Of a stretch of DNA of 20,000 nt, positions 7,798 through 14,854 are shown one piece after another; positions within the stretch are counted from its first letter, which is position 1; each line of letters opens with the position of its first letter. Source of the DNA: an uncultured virus (IMG/VR IMGVR_UViG_3300006417_000331) (Duplodnaviria; Heunggongvirae; Uroviricota; Caudoviricetes); the IMG/VR virus record IMGVR_UViG_3300006417_000331, one strand, 5' to 3'. Below the pieces are notes generated by a model. The model worked only from the letters and a program-made list of their open reading frames with translations, searched no databases and was not told the origin of the DNA. The translations under genes and the position numbers were made by a program.

Positions 7798-8190
7798 ATG
7801 AATACGTTTAATAAATTTGTAACTATTCGTAAACTGTTGGTCAATCGTGCTGCCGAGGTGATGATGTATGATAAATGGGATGTAAAGTTTGCAGTGAATG
7901 AAATTACTTATTTTCCAATCTTTGTTAAAGAACAAATGAAGAATGGAGGATTACTATTCGATCTTAATCCATCTGAGTTAACAGAAAAAGAAATGATTGA
8001 TTTAGGCTTTATAAAGTATAGTAATGAAAATGATATTTACTTAATTCCACTATGGTCATTGCCATTCTTAAAGAATGGTATTAAAGTCGAATTTATTGAC
8101 GGAGAGGTTCGCTTGCTTGATAAATCCACAGTGGATACAGATAATCGGTTTGGATGTGTAGCATTTGGTGTTTCTCCAAAGTCTATATAA
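7798..8190 (+). CDS. Phage hypothetical protein (130 aa)
   Basis: Strong SD GGAGGT at 7788-7793 before ATG 7798, in frame with the tracked 7774 ORF. Contains IYLIPLWSLPFL and DTDNRFGCVAFGV. Function not recognised. Confidence 0.75.
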   Translation: MNTFNKFVTIRKLLVNRAAEVMMYDKWDVKFAVNEITYFPIFVKEQMKNGGLLFDLNPSELTEKEMIDLGFIKYSNENDIYLIPLWSLPFLKNGIKVEFIDGEVRLLDKSTVDTDNRFGCVAFGVSPKSI

Positions 8191-8255
8191 GGTTTAATTA
8201 TTATGTAGAGCCGTAGGTTCGAGTGTACCCACAAATATATTGATATTTTTCAGAT

Positions 8256-8283
8256 AACATAAAAACACATAATGAAGTTCTTT
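8256..8283 (+). repeat. 28-nt direct repeat, copy 2
   Basis: Identical to 7758-7785 and 498 nt downstream of it. It supplies the 5' arm of the structured RNA's closing stem. Confidence 0.95.
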
Positions 8284-8436
8284 GCGAAAGTAGGTTGGCT
8301 GTTTAGTCCAGTACGCAAAACGCTGGGCATTAGTCTTGCATGTATTGCGACATGCTTGAACAGAAAGAATCGAGCCACAAAAGAGATAGCGCTGTCTCAT
8401 GCGTGGATAGTAACAAAGAGCTTCATTATTTGCTTT
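8262..8436 (+). ncRNA. Putative structured non-coding RNA (~170 nt) of unrecognised class
   Basis: A 16-bp closing stem 8269-8284/8414-8429 encloses helices 8299-8305/8357-8363, 8306-8311/8323-8328, 8338-8343/8350-8355, 8375-8378/8403-8406 and 8383-8388/8393-8398. All four non-Watson-Crick pairs in these helices are G-U on the + strand. Confidence 0.65.
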
Positions 8437-8473
8437 GATAATTCTGTTAACTTCGTTAACTAAAAGGAATGCC

Positions 8474-9598
8474 ATGAAATTTGAAATTTCCCGTTCTGTG
8501 TTGCTGAATGCGATTCAGTCTGTAGCGTCAGCCGCTTCAACTACAACAAAGGATACGCTACCCATTTTACAGCATATCCTAATTCGACTTACTCATGAGC
8601 AATTACGGATGACAGCGACTAATCTTGAGATTGAATTATCTTCCGTAACTGGTTGTATTGAGAATGGGATTCAAGTATCTGTGATTGGAGAGCTAACAGT
8701 TCCTGCCAGGAAATTTATGGATGTGGTTCGTGCTTTTCCTGAAGAAACGATTAAAATTGAATTAGCAAAAGATAACAAGCTCAGTATAAAGTGTGGGCGC
8801 AGTCGTTTCACTTTATCTGTGCTTAATGCTATGGATTATCCGAATAGTATTGAAATAAATCCAGTAGATTCCATAACTGTTCATGAAGGGATGTTCAAAA
8901 AAGCACTCAATGCTGTTTTTCATGCAGCCGCAGTAAATGATGTTCGCTACTACTTAAATGGTGTGCATCTTGATTTTAATAAAATCCATGGATTGAATAT
9001 AGTGGCTACCAATGGACATAGATTGAGTATTGAAAATTTGGCTGTTGATTCTAAAAATGACTGGAATATGATTATCCCAATAGGGACTATTGATAAGATT
9101 TTGAAGCTGTTAGAAGACAGTGAAGAACAGTTAAAGCTATTGTATATGAAGAATTTTTTTTCATTTAGCAAAGATAACGTGATGCTAAAAGCGAAGTTAG
9201 TGGATGGCATTTTTCCTGATTATCAACGTGTTATCCCTAAAGATTCACAAGTTACCGTGATTATTGATCGTGAATCTCTGTTGTCTGTAATTAAGCGTGT
9301 TCTGTGTGTTATGAGTGATAGGAATACACCAGCTTCTTTTGAATTTAGTCAGAGTATGTTGATAATTTACGGAAAGAATGATGCAAATGAACATGCAGAT
9401 GAGTCTATTGAAATTTCGACATCTTCTGATATTAAATCACCCATTATTGTTGGCTTAAACTGCCGGTATATTGCTGAAGCATTGAGTTCGATTGAAACCG
9501 AATTGGTGAAGATTGGATTAAATGACTCATTAAGTCCGTGTTTGATTGAGCCACTTGATGGATGTGGAAAAAGGGTAATCATGCCTACTCGCCTATAA
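8474..9598 (+). CDS. dnaN: DNA polymerase III beta subunit (sliding clamp)
   Basis: Starts MKFEISRSVLL, with LPILQHILI, ATNLEIEL, TVPARKF, DVRYYLNG, VATNGHRL, KLVDGIFPDYQRVIP and C-terminal VIMPTRL. AAGGA SD before ATG 8474. Confidence 0.95.
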   Translation: MKFEISRSVLLNAIQSVASAASTTTKDTLPILQHILIRLTHEQLRMTATNLEIELSSVTGCIENGIQVSVIGELTVPARKFMDVVRAFPEETIKIELAKDNKLSIKCGRSRFTLSVLNAMDYPNSIEINPVDSITVHEGMFKKALNAVFHAAAVNDVRYYLNGVHLDFNKIHGLNIVATNGHRLSIENLAVDSKNDWNMIIPIGTIDKILKLLEDSEEQLKLLYMKNFFSFSKDNVMLKAKLVDGIFPDYQRVIPKDSQVTVIIDRESLLSVIKRVLCVMSDRNTPASFEFSQSMLIIYGKNDANEHADESIEISTSSDIKSPIIVGLNCRYIAEALSSIETELVKIGLNDSLSPCLIEPLDGCGKRVIMPTRL

Positions 9599-9669
9599 TA
9601 ATAGATTAAAATGATTTATAATTATTTTAATTGATGTTAAACTCTATTTGTAAAAACCAAGGGGGCTTA

Positions 9670-10176
9670 ATGAACCAACATGGGCTTAGTTTGTTACAAT
9701 TAAAAGTGCTTAAAGCTATGGCGTCTGGCGAGCTATTAACTCGCGTTAAGATTAAAACGCAGGTTAACATAACAAAGAGTACAACGCTTACTCGTATTCT
9801 TAGCCGTCTTGAAGCATTTGGATTGATTAAGAATATAGATGGTGGCGGTTTTAGAATTACCACTTCTGGTGTTACTTGTCTTAAGTCAATGTATACCGAT
9901 CCAAAAGATAACATTGATGAGATTATAGATTCTGAAGCAGGCTCCATATCTGTTGAATCTGATTATACTGATAGCAATATGCCTAACACAATACCTGAGT
10001 CGGTAATTGATGATCTTGAATGGTTGCGTCTGCTGAGTTTAGAGGTTGCTGGACGTGTTGCTGGTGAAAGTGACCTGAACAGGGTGATGATTTATTCTCG
10101 TGCTGCTGCTGATTTAGCAACCACCTATTCTTTTTTGTACCACTCAAGCCCTGTGATGCTATCAACAAATGAATAA
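9670..10176 (+). CDS. Winged helix-turn-helix DNA-binding protein (MarR/IclR-like N-terminal domain)
   Basis: LKVLKAMASGELLTRVKIKTQVNITKSTTLTRILSRLEAFGLIKNIDGGGFRIT fits a wHTH pattern. GGGGG SD before ATG 9670; alternative starts at 9631/9634. Confidence 0.65.
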   Translation: MNQHGLSLLQLKVLKAMASGELLTRVKIKTQVNITKSTTLTRILSRLEAFGLIKNIDGGGFRITTSGVTCLKSMYTDPKDNIDEIIDSEAGSISVESDYTDSNMPNTIPESVIDDLEWLRLLSLEVAGRVAGESDLNRVMIYSRAAADLATTYSFLYHSSPVMLSTNE

Positions 10177-10468
10177 AGTATTAAAAATAGCGCTTGATTA
10201 TGATGAAACATTCACATCTGATCGAAGTTTCTGGAGAAACTTCGTGATTCTGTCGAAAATAAGCAATCATCAGATCGTGTTTGTCACTTATCGAACTAAT
10301 AGAGAAGTTGATAACAACTCTGATATTGAATCAGACGCTATAACATGTGGAATCAATGTTATTTACTCACAAGGTCAGCCGAAGCGAACGGTCTTTGATG
10401 CCGATATATGGATTGACGATTCTCCAGAAACGATTGTTGAGCTAGACGATGTATGTTTTTTGCTTTGA
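10169..10468 (+). CDS. Small HAD-superfamily-like phage protein
   Basis: IALDYDETF (DxDxT motif I), FVTYR (motif II), Lys in QPKR, and WIDDSP (motif IV). Confidence 0.7.
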   Translation: MNKVLKIALDYDETFTSDRSFWRNFVILSKISNHQIVFVTYRTNREVDNNSDIESDAITCGINVIYSQGQPKRTVFDADIWIDDSPETIVELDDVCFLL

Positions 10469-10526
10469 CGCTATTTCCTATTCTCAAGGCGTAGGCTAAA
10501 AACTGAAGAATTTTTGAATAAATTTA

Positions 10527-10556
10527 TTGACATTTCAGTGAATTCTGTGCTATAAG
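10527..10556 (+). promoter_or_regulatory. Strong sigma70-type promoter for the head/tail operon
   Basis: Perfect TTGACA (10527-10532), 18-nt spacer, extended -10 TG-C-TATAAG (10548-10556), and an AT-rich UP-like tract upstream. Confidence 0.7.
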
Positions 10557-10564
10557 TTTTCAGC

Positions 10565-11542
10565 ATGAAAACTCAATCTTTTACTCTTTCTTTTGCGCCT
10601 TCGCCTCGTTCTGAGGCCTCGCCGACTCAATTTGAAGGGGTTGCGTACAGCGGTGGTGTGATTCCTGGTCATGGATGGTTGGGTGATATTGCAATTGACT
10701 TGTCATCTTTTCAGTTTCCAGATAAACCATTGTTTGCCTTGGTGAACCATGATCCCGATCAACGGGCTGGAAAATGCTCTGTTTTTAATTCGGGTCAGGA
10801 ATTGATAGTCAATGGCGTATTCAGTGAAGTCACTGAAGCAGGAAAAACAGTAGCCGCAGAATTTGCTGAAGGCGCTCCGTGGCAATTTAGCGTAGGGATT
10901 AAAGCGGAAATTGAATATTTCGATGATCCTACTGAAATGACTGTTAATGGTCGTACTGTTCGTATTTCTGCTTTAATGAAGAAAGCCAGGATTCTTGAGG
11001 TTTCTTTTGTCCCTGCTGGAGCCGATCCGAATACTAAAGTGATCGCTTTTGCTAATGATAGCCGATCTCAAAGAGAGGATTTATTGATGGATGGTAAAGA
11101 TGTCCAGATTAAACTTGAGGCTGCGAATCAGTTGATTATTGATTTGCAAAGCAAGATCAATGCGGCTGAAATTGAACATGGAAAAGCCATTGCTTCGCTT
11201 GAACATTCGCTAAAAGAAGAATGCAAGCGTAGCCTTGATTTTTCAGTCCGTGCTGAGGCGGCTGAAAATGAAATCAATACTATACGATTAGCCAATCGTG
11301 TAGCTTCGGTAAAGCGCTTATTCTCTGAGATTCACCGTGAATACGACGAAGTGACTGCGAAACCGTACATTGAACTTACTGATGCAGCCTTTGCTCTGTT
11401 CGAGTCTGACTTGAAGTCGTTTAAGCCCACTGTACAAAAAGATTGGTTTCAAGATACTACTAGAAATGGTAAAGAATCAGTATCAGAGATGACTCTGAAT
11501 GCTAAACTCTTTAACCAGGTGTCTGGTAAGGCAAAGGAATAA
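10565..11542 (+). CDS. Prohead maturation protease with C-terminal scaffold domain
   Basis: Motifs FEGVAYSGG, LVNHD (His), WQFSVG (Ser) and ILEVSFVPAGADPNT, then a helical, charged C-terminal half. It precedes the decoration and capsid genes. Confidence 0.85.
   Translation: MKTQSFTLSFAPSPRSEASPTQFEGVAYSGGVIPGHGWLGDIAIDLSSFQFPDKPLFALVNHDPDQRAGKCSVFNSGQELIVNGVFSEVTEAGKTVAAEFAEGAPWQFSVGIKAEIEYFDDPTEMTVNGRTVRISALMKKARILEVSFVPAGADPNTKVIAFANDSRSQREDLLMDGKDVQIKLEAANQLIIDLQSKINAAEIEHGKAIASLEHSLKEECKRSLDFSVRAEAAENEINTIRLANRVASVKRLFSEIHREYDEVTAKPYIELTDAAFALFESDLKSFKPTVQKDWFQDTTRNGKESVSEMTLNAKLFNQVSGKAKE
11087..11542 (+). CDS. Probable nested in-frame scaffolding protein (151 aa)
   Basis: Internal SD GAGGA at 11075-11079, 7 nt before in-frame ATG 11087, at the junction between the protease and the coiled-coil region. 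Confidence 0.6.
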   Translation: MDGKDVQIKLEAANQLIIDLQSKINAAEIEHGKAIASLEHSLKEECKRSLDFSVRAEAAENEINTIRLANRVASVKRLFSEIHREYDEVTAKPYIELTDAAFALFESDLKSFKPTVQKDWFQDTTRNGKESVSEMTLNAKLFNQVSGKAKE

Positions 11543-11544
11543 TC

Positions 11545-11949
11545 ATGGCTACGTTTATAGAACCCAATCGGAATTACGCCTTTCTTAAAAGCGAAGGGAA
11601 CGGAACCGTCTCGCGTGAAACGGTAACGATGCTTCAGGATGCGGGAAAAACTCAACCCTGCGTTGCAGGAACCGTGCTAGGACGGATTACAGCTACGGGT
11701 AAATATACCCCCTATGACGATACGGTAGCCGGGCTTGTTGCTGCTGGAGCGACGGTAGCTGCCGGGATTCTGGCTCAGAACGTAGATTCAGCGTTGCTGG
11801 CGGCGGGTGATGTTTCTGTTCAAATCATTCGGCGTTTAGCTGAAGTGAAGGAAGCTGAATTGGTTTGGCATACCTTGGTGGATGCGACGGCCAAGGCCGC
11901 AGCGAAAACGGCTTTGGCCGACACCAATATGATCGTGATTCGGAGCTAA
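11545..11949 (+). CDS. Head decoration (cement) protein, lambda gpD-like
   Basis: Motifs FLKSEGNGTVSRETVT, AGTVLGRITATGKYTPYD, AAGIL and RLAEVKEAELVW. It sits between the protease and capsid genes. Confidence 0.85.
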   Translation: MATFIEPNRNYAFLKSEGNGTVSRETVTMLQDAGKTQPCVAGTVLGRITATGKYTPYDDTVAGLVAAGATVAAGILAQNVDSALLAAGDVSVQIIRRLAEVKEAELVWHTLVDATAKAAAKTALADTNMIVIRS

Positions 11950-11954
11950 GCCCA

Positions 11955-12902
11955 ATGGATATTTTTCGTGATTATTTTACTCGTGAACAACTGCTGTTGT
12001 CTCTGTCGAAAGTACCGTTTATTCCAGGGCGACTGTCTGAATACTTCGATACGATAGGACTCAGCGGAACCTTGTTTTCGATTGAATCTCGTCCTGAGAA
12101 TGCGCCTTCTATTATTGCAGCCACGCCTCGTGGAACGCCATCGAAAGTTGAAACGCTTGAAAAGCGCAGCGTTTACACCTTTGAAACCACTCATCGGCGT
12201 TTTGACGGCTCTGTTTTTGCTGACGAAGTGCTGAATATGCGCGGTTCTGGGGCCAATATGGCGGCGGAAGTCATTATCCAGCGCAGGGATAGTTTGATTA
12301 CGCGGCTGCGTAATGATATAGATTTAACGCTGGAGTCCATTCGAGTCGCCTGTCTGAATACGCCGTCGAATGCGTTTGGAGCTATGCCTGCTTCGGCGCA
12401 GATTGCATTGAACACCGACGCTACCAAGACTCGTGCTGAAATCTTCAATAAGATTCTTATGCCGATCCGCACCGCTCTAGGCGGGATTCCGTTTAGTGGA
12501 GTTAAGGCGCTGTGCAGTTCCACCTTTTGGGCAAAGTTCATTGAGAATGCGGCGGTTAAAGCCACCTTGCTGAATTACTCAATGGCGCAGAGTCTGCGTA
12601 ATGATCCAAGGGAAATGGTGAGCTTTGGTGGGGTGAATTGGGAGTTTTATGATGGCACCGGATCGGTGACTATTCCTGCGGGTGAAGCCAGGCTGTTTCC
12701 CACTGGAGTCCCACAGATGTGGATTCAGGCATTTGCGCCTGCTGACACTCTGGATACCGTAGGAGCAAATGCTCTTGGCGTTCCGTATTACATGCAGGCT
12801 ATTCAAAGTCGTGATAATCGCAGTTGGTATATTGAAGTGCAGACGAATCCGGTGGCGGTCTGCACTCGTCCAACTGCGGTGTTGCCGATTACTACGGACT
12901 AA
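11955..12902 (+). CDS. Major capsid protein (phage major capsid E family)
   Basis: ATG 11955 after GGAG. Motifs VPFIPGRL, TPRGTP, FGGVNWEFY, FAPADTLDTVGANALGVPYY and EVQTNPVAVCTRP. Confidence 0.88.
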   Translation: MDIFRDYFTREQLLLSLSKVPFIPGRLSEYFDTIGLSGTLFSIESRPENAPSIIAATPRGTPSKVETLEKRSVYTFETTHRRFDGSVFADEVLNMRGSGANMAAEVIIQRRDSLITRLRNDIDLTLESIRVACLNTPSNAFGAMPASAQIALNTDATKTRAEIFNKILMPIRTALGGIPFSGVKALCSSTFWAKFIENAAVKATLLNYSMAQSLRNDPREMVSFGGVNWEFYDGTGSVTIPAGEARLFPTGVPQMWIQAFAPADTLDTVGANALGVPYYMQAIQSRDNRSWYIEVQTNPVAVCTRPTAVLPITTD

Positions 12903-12903
12903 G

Positions 12904-13305
12904 ATGATGCCTTATTGCACCTATGATGATCTCGTGAATTCATTTGGAGAAGCAGAGCTTCTTAAATTGACGGATCGAGATCGTAATGGGGCGATAGACT
13001 ACGGTGTTCTTGAAGAAGCACAAGACTTTGCTGATTCGCATATTGATGGTTATTTGCGAGAACGCTACTCATTGCCTTTGATCAATCCTCCTCGTAACCT
13101 GGTAGGGATTGCCTGTGACTTTGTGCGCTATCGCCTTTATCAGAATCAGCCTACTGATTTAGTTCAGAATCGGTATGATGTAGGCTGCTTTTACTTAAAG
13201 GATGTGGCGCGTGGATTGGTGATGTTGGCTTTAGGGAATGAAGTGGATTCGCAGATTGCTTTTTCTACGCCTGATCGCATCTTTACGCGAATGATTCCAT
13301 TATGA
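12904..13305 (+). CDS. Head-tail connector, DUF1320 / Mu gp36-like
   Basis: Starts MPYCTYDDLVNSFGEAELLKLTDR, with IDGYLRERYSLPL, ACDFVRYRLY and LKDVARG. True start is 12904 or 12907. Confidence 0.88.
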   Translation: MMPYCTYDDLVNSFGEAELLKLTDRDRNGAIDYGVLEEAQDFADSHIDGYLRERYSLPLINPPRNLVGIACDFVRYRLYQNQPTDLVQNRYDVGCFYLKDVARGLVMLALGNEVDSQIAFSTPDRIFTRMIPL

Positions 13306-13730
13306 CGATTTACCCCTATCTGAATGAGTTGATTGAGATGCTAAAAACTGCAACAGGTTATCCTGTGGCAGCGGCAGCCAATCTTGAGACGATCTCTGTT
13401 CAACACACTTCGTCTATTTTTATCGTTCCAGAAGACTTAAACGTTTTACAGGCGATCACTGATCAAAAAACCATTCGGAGTATCCGCTTTAATCAATTCT
13501 GGATGGTTGCCACCGTCTTACACAATGCTGGCGATCAAAATGTCGGTTTTGATTTAGTGAGCGAGATAGGCGAAGTTCAAGCAAAAATCGTCAATGGACT
13601 TTGTAGGCACAGGTTTGAAAAAGGCGGCCCCCTTGGGGTAATCGAAATCCCCCAGGCAGTCTCCTATGCAGGCGGATTTATTGTTGGAAAACTTCGGTTT
13701 AGCACTCAATTTACATTTAATGCGGAGTAA
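13302..13730 (+). CDS. Putative tail terminator/completion protein (Mu gp37-like)
   Basis: ATGA-coupled to the gp36-like gene. Size, position before the tail tube gene, and the QFWMVATV strand motif fit. Confidence 0.55.
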   Translation: MTIYPYLNELIEMLKTATGYPVAAAANLETISVQHTSSIFIVPEDLNVLQAITDQKTIRSIRFNQFWMVATVLHNAGDQNVGFDLVSEIGEVQAKIVNGLCRHRFEKGGPLGVIEIPQAVSYAGGFIVGKLRFSTQFTFNAE

Positions 13731-13735
13731 CGATC

Positions 13736-14491
13736 ATGGCGGGTTTACGTGGCGCAGGCGACATCTTTTTTAGTGTTCTTGATAGCGGATCGTATTCTGG
13801 TTATCTCAGTTTAGCCAATATAGCGTCGTTTACCATCGGCAATTCTGGATCAGAAACAAAGAGTGTCAAATCTACTTCTCCAGCTAATCCAGGAGCGATC
13901 ATTGGATCATCGACAATGCTAGGCGATGACACGATTAAGATAACGCTTAACGTCCCGAATCGTGAAAATTTATTATTGATGACCTTGGGAGAAGGTTCAA
14001 CCATTAACGACGCTGCATCTTCAATCATCAATGAAGTCGTTACAGTGCGTTCAAAGAATTCTCATGTCGTCCTGAATCATCAAAAACTCGATCCTGGAGT
14101 AGCTCCTGTGGTAACTAATACCGCAGGAACAACCACCTATACGGCAGGAAGTGATTATGTTGTGGATTATGTCAATGGAATGCTTTATATCACGCCCTCC
14201 AGCCTGATTGCAGTAGGTTCAATCCATGTGGATTATTCATGGTTAGCCTTGAGTGGATATAGTATTCAGGCGCGACGAAAGCCAAGCGCAATCGGTAAGC
14301 TCCTATTTACTGGAATGAATCTTGACTCTGGCGAGAATATCCGCCTTACTGCTGATTCTGTTGAATTGTCTCCAGATGGAGATTTTAATCTCATTTCATC
14401 TGATGGCGAATTTCTTGAGTTTAGTTTAACCGGGTTAATGAAGGTGCCACCAGGACAACTTTCTCCATACGTACTAAAAGTGGTGGCATAA
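13736..14491 (+). CDS. Major tail (tube) protein
   Basis: Beta-rich protein (GAGDIFF, GSDYVVDYVNGMLYI, LLFTGMNLDSGE, VELSPDGDFNLISSDGEFLEFSLTG) located just before the chaperone and tape measure genes. No sheath gene precedes it. Confidence 0.78.
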   Translation: MAGLRGAGDIFFSVLDSGSYSGYLSLANIASFTIGNSGSETKSVKSTSPANPGAIIGSSTMLGDDTIKITLNVPNRENLLLMTLGEGSTINDAASSIINEVVTVRSKNSHVVLNHQKLDPGVAPVVTNTAGTTTYTAGSDYVVDYVNGMLYITPSSLIAVGSIHVDYSWLALSGYSIQARRKPSAIGKLLFTGMNLDSGENIRLTADSVELSPDGDFNLISSDGEFLEFSLTGLMKVPPGQLSPYVLKVVA

Positions 14492-14494
14492 ATC

Positions 14495-14854
14495 ATGGCT
14501 ATCCTTTCTGTTACTCGTGAGGTCGTATTGGGTGATTTGACCGTCACTGTTAAAGAACTCACTATTTCTGAAATTAGAGCCTGGCTGAAAACGGATACTC
14601 CAGACGATAATGGGAACCAATTTGATTTGGTAACTGACTTGTTGTCGTTTGACGGGATTGGAATGATTGAATTGTGTCAATTCTCTACATTGACCCGCGA
14701 TCAGGCTGAGAGCTTGCCTTTATCGGCTATTCAGAAGGTTGCAGCAGTCATTAAAGAGATCAATTCAGTTTTTTTCGGCCAGTACGTTCCTGCAATCAAT
14801 CGGTTGCGGGAACGTCTGGAGTCTACGGCCTCGAACGATCCGTCTGCGCCTTAA
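14495..14854 (+). CDS. Tail assembly chaperone (gpG analogue)
   Basis: Lies between the tail tube and tape measure genes, contains VTVKELTISEIRAWL, and has a slippery T-run near its 3' end. Confidence 0.8.
   Translation: MAILSVTREVVLGDLTVTVKELTISEIRAWLKTDTPDDNGNQFDLVTDLLSFDGIGMIELCQFSTLTRDQAESLPLSAIQKVAAVIKEINSVFFGQYVPAINRLRERLESTASNDPSAP

Noticed and set aside
8228..8246. NrdR-box-like sequence CACAAATATATTGAT
   Set aside because: It is an imperfect single copy in AT-rich DNA and is not upstream of nrdJ.
7758..8283. CRISPR array interpretation of the 28-nt repeats
   Set aside because: There are only two copies, separated by 470 nt containing a gene, and no cas genes.
8281..8400. Resemblance of the structured RNA to c-di-GMP-I (GAAA...ACGCAAA), cobalamin (GCCAC) or purine riboswitches, or to RNase P (GAAAGT, AACAGAA)
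   Set aside because: Only isolated short words match. The spacing and the other conserved elements, such as AGGGAA and the B12 box or P4 pairing, are absent.
8262..8436. Retron msr-msd interpretation of the inverted-repeat-bounded RNA
   Set aside because: There is no reverse transcriptase gene next to it or anywhere in the window.
8272..8463. 63-aa + strand ORF (MKFFAKVGW...) and the antisense 93-aa ORF 8194-8475
   Set aside because: There is no SD, the ATG is simply part of the 28-nt repeat, and the region is better explained by dense RNA base pairing.
9594..9630. TATAAT hexamers between dnaN and the wHTH gene as a promoter
   Set aside because: There is no credible -35 or extended -10 element, and such matches are expected by chance in a very AT-rich spacer.
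11865..11954. Extended N-termini given by the ORF track for the capsid (11865), gp36-like (12769) and dnaN (8435) genes
   Set aside because: They overlap upstream genes or RNA. Downstream ATGs at 11955, 12904 and 8474 give family-typical N-termini.
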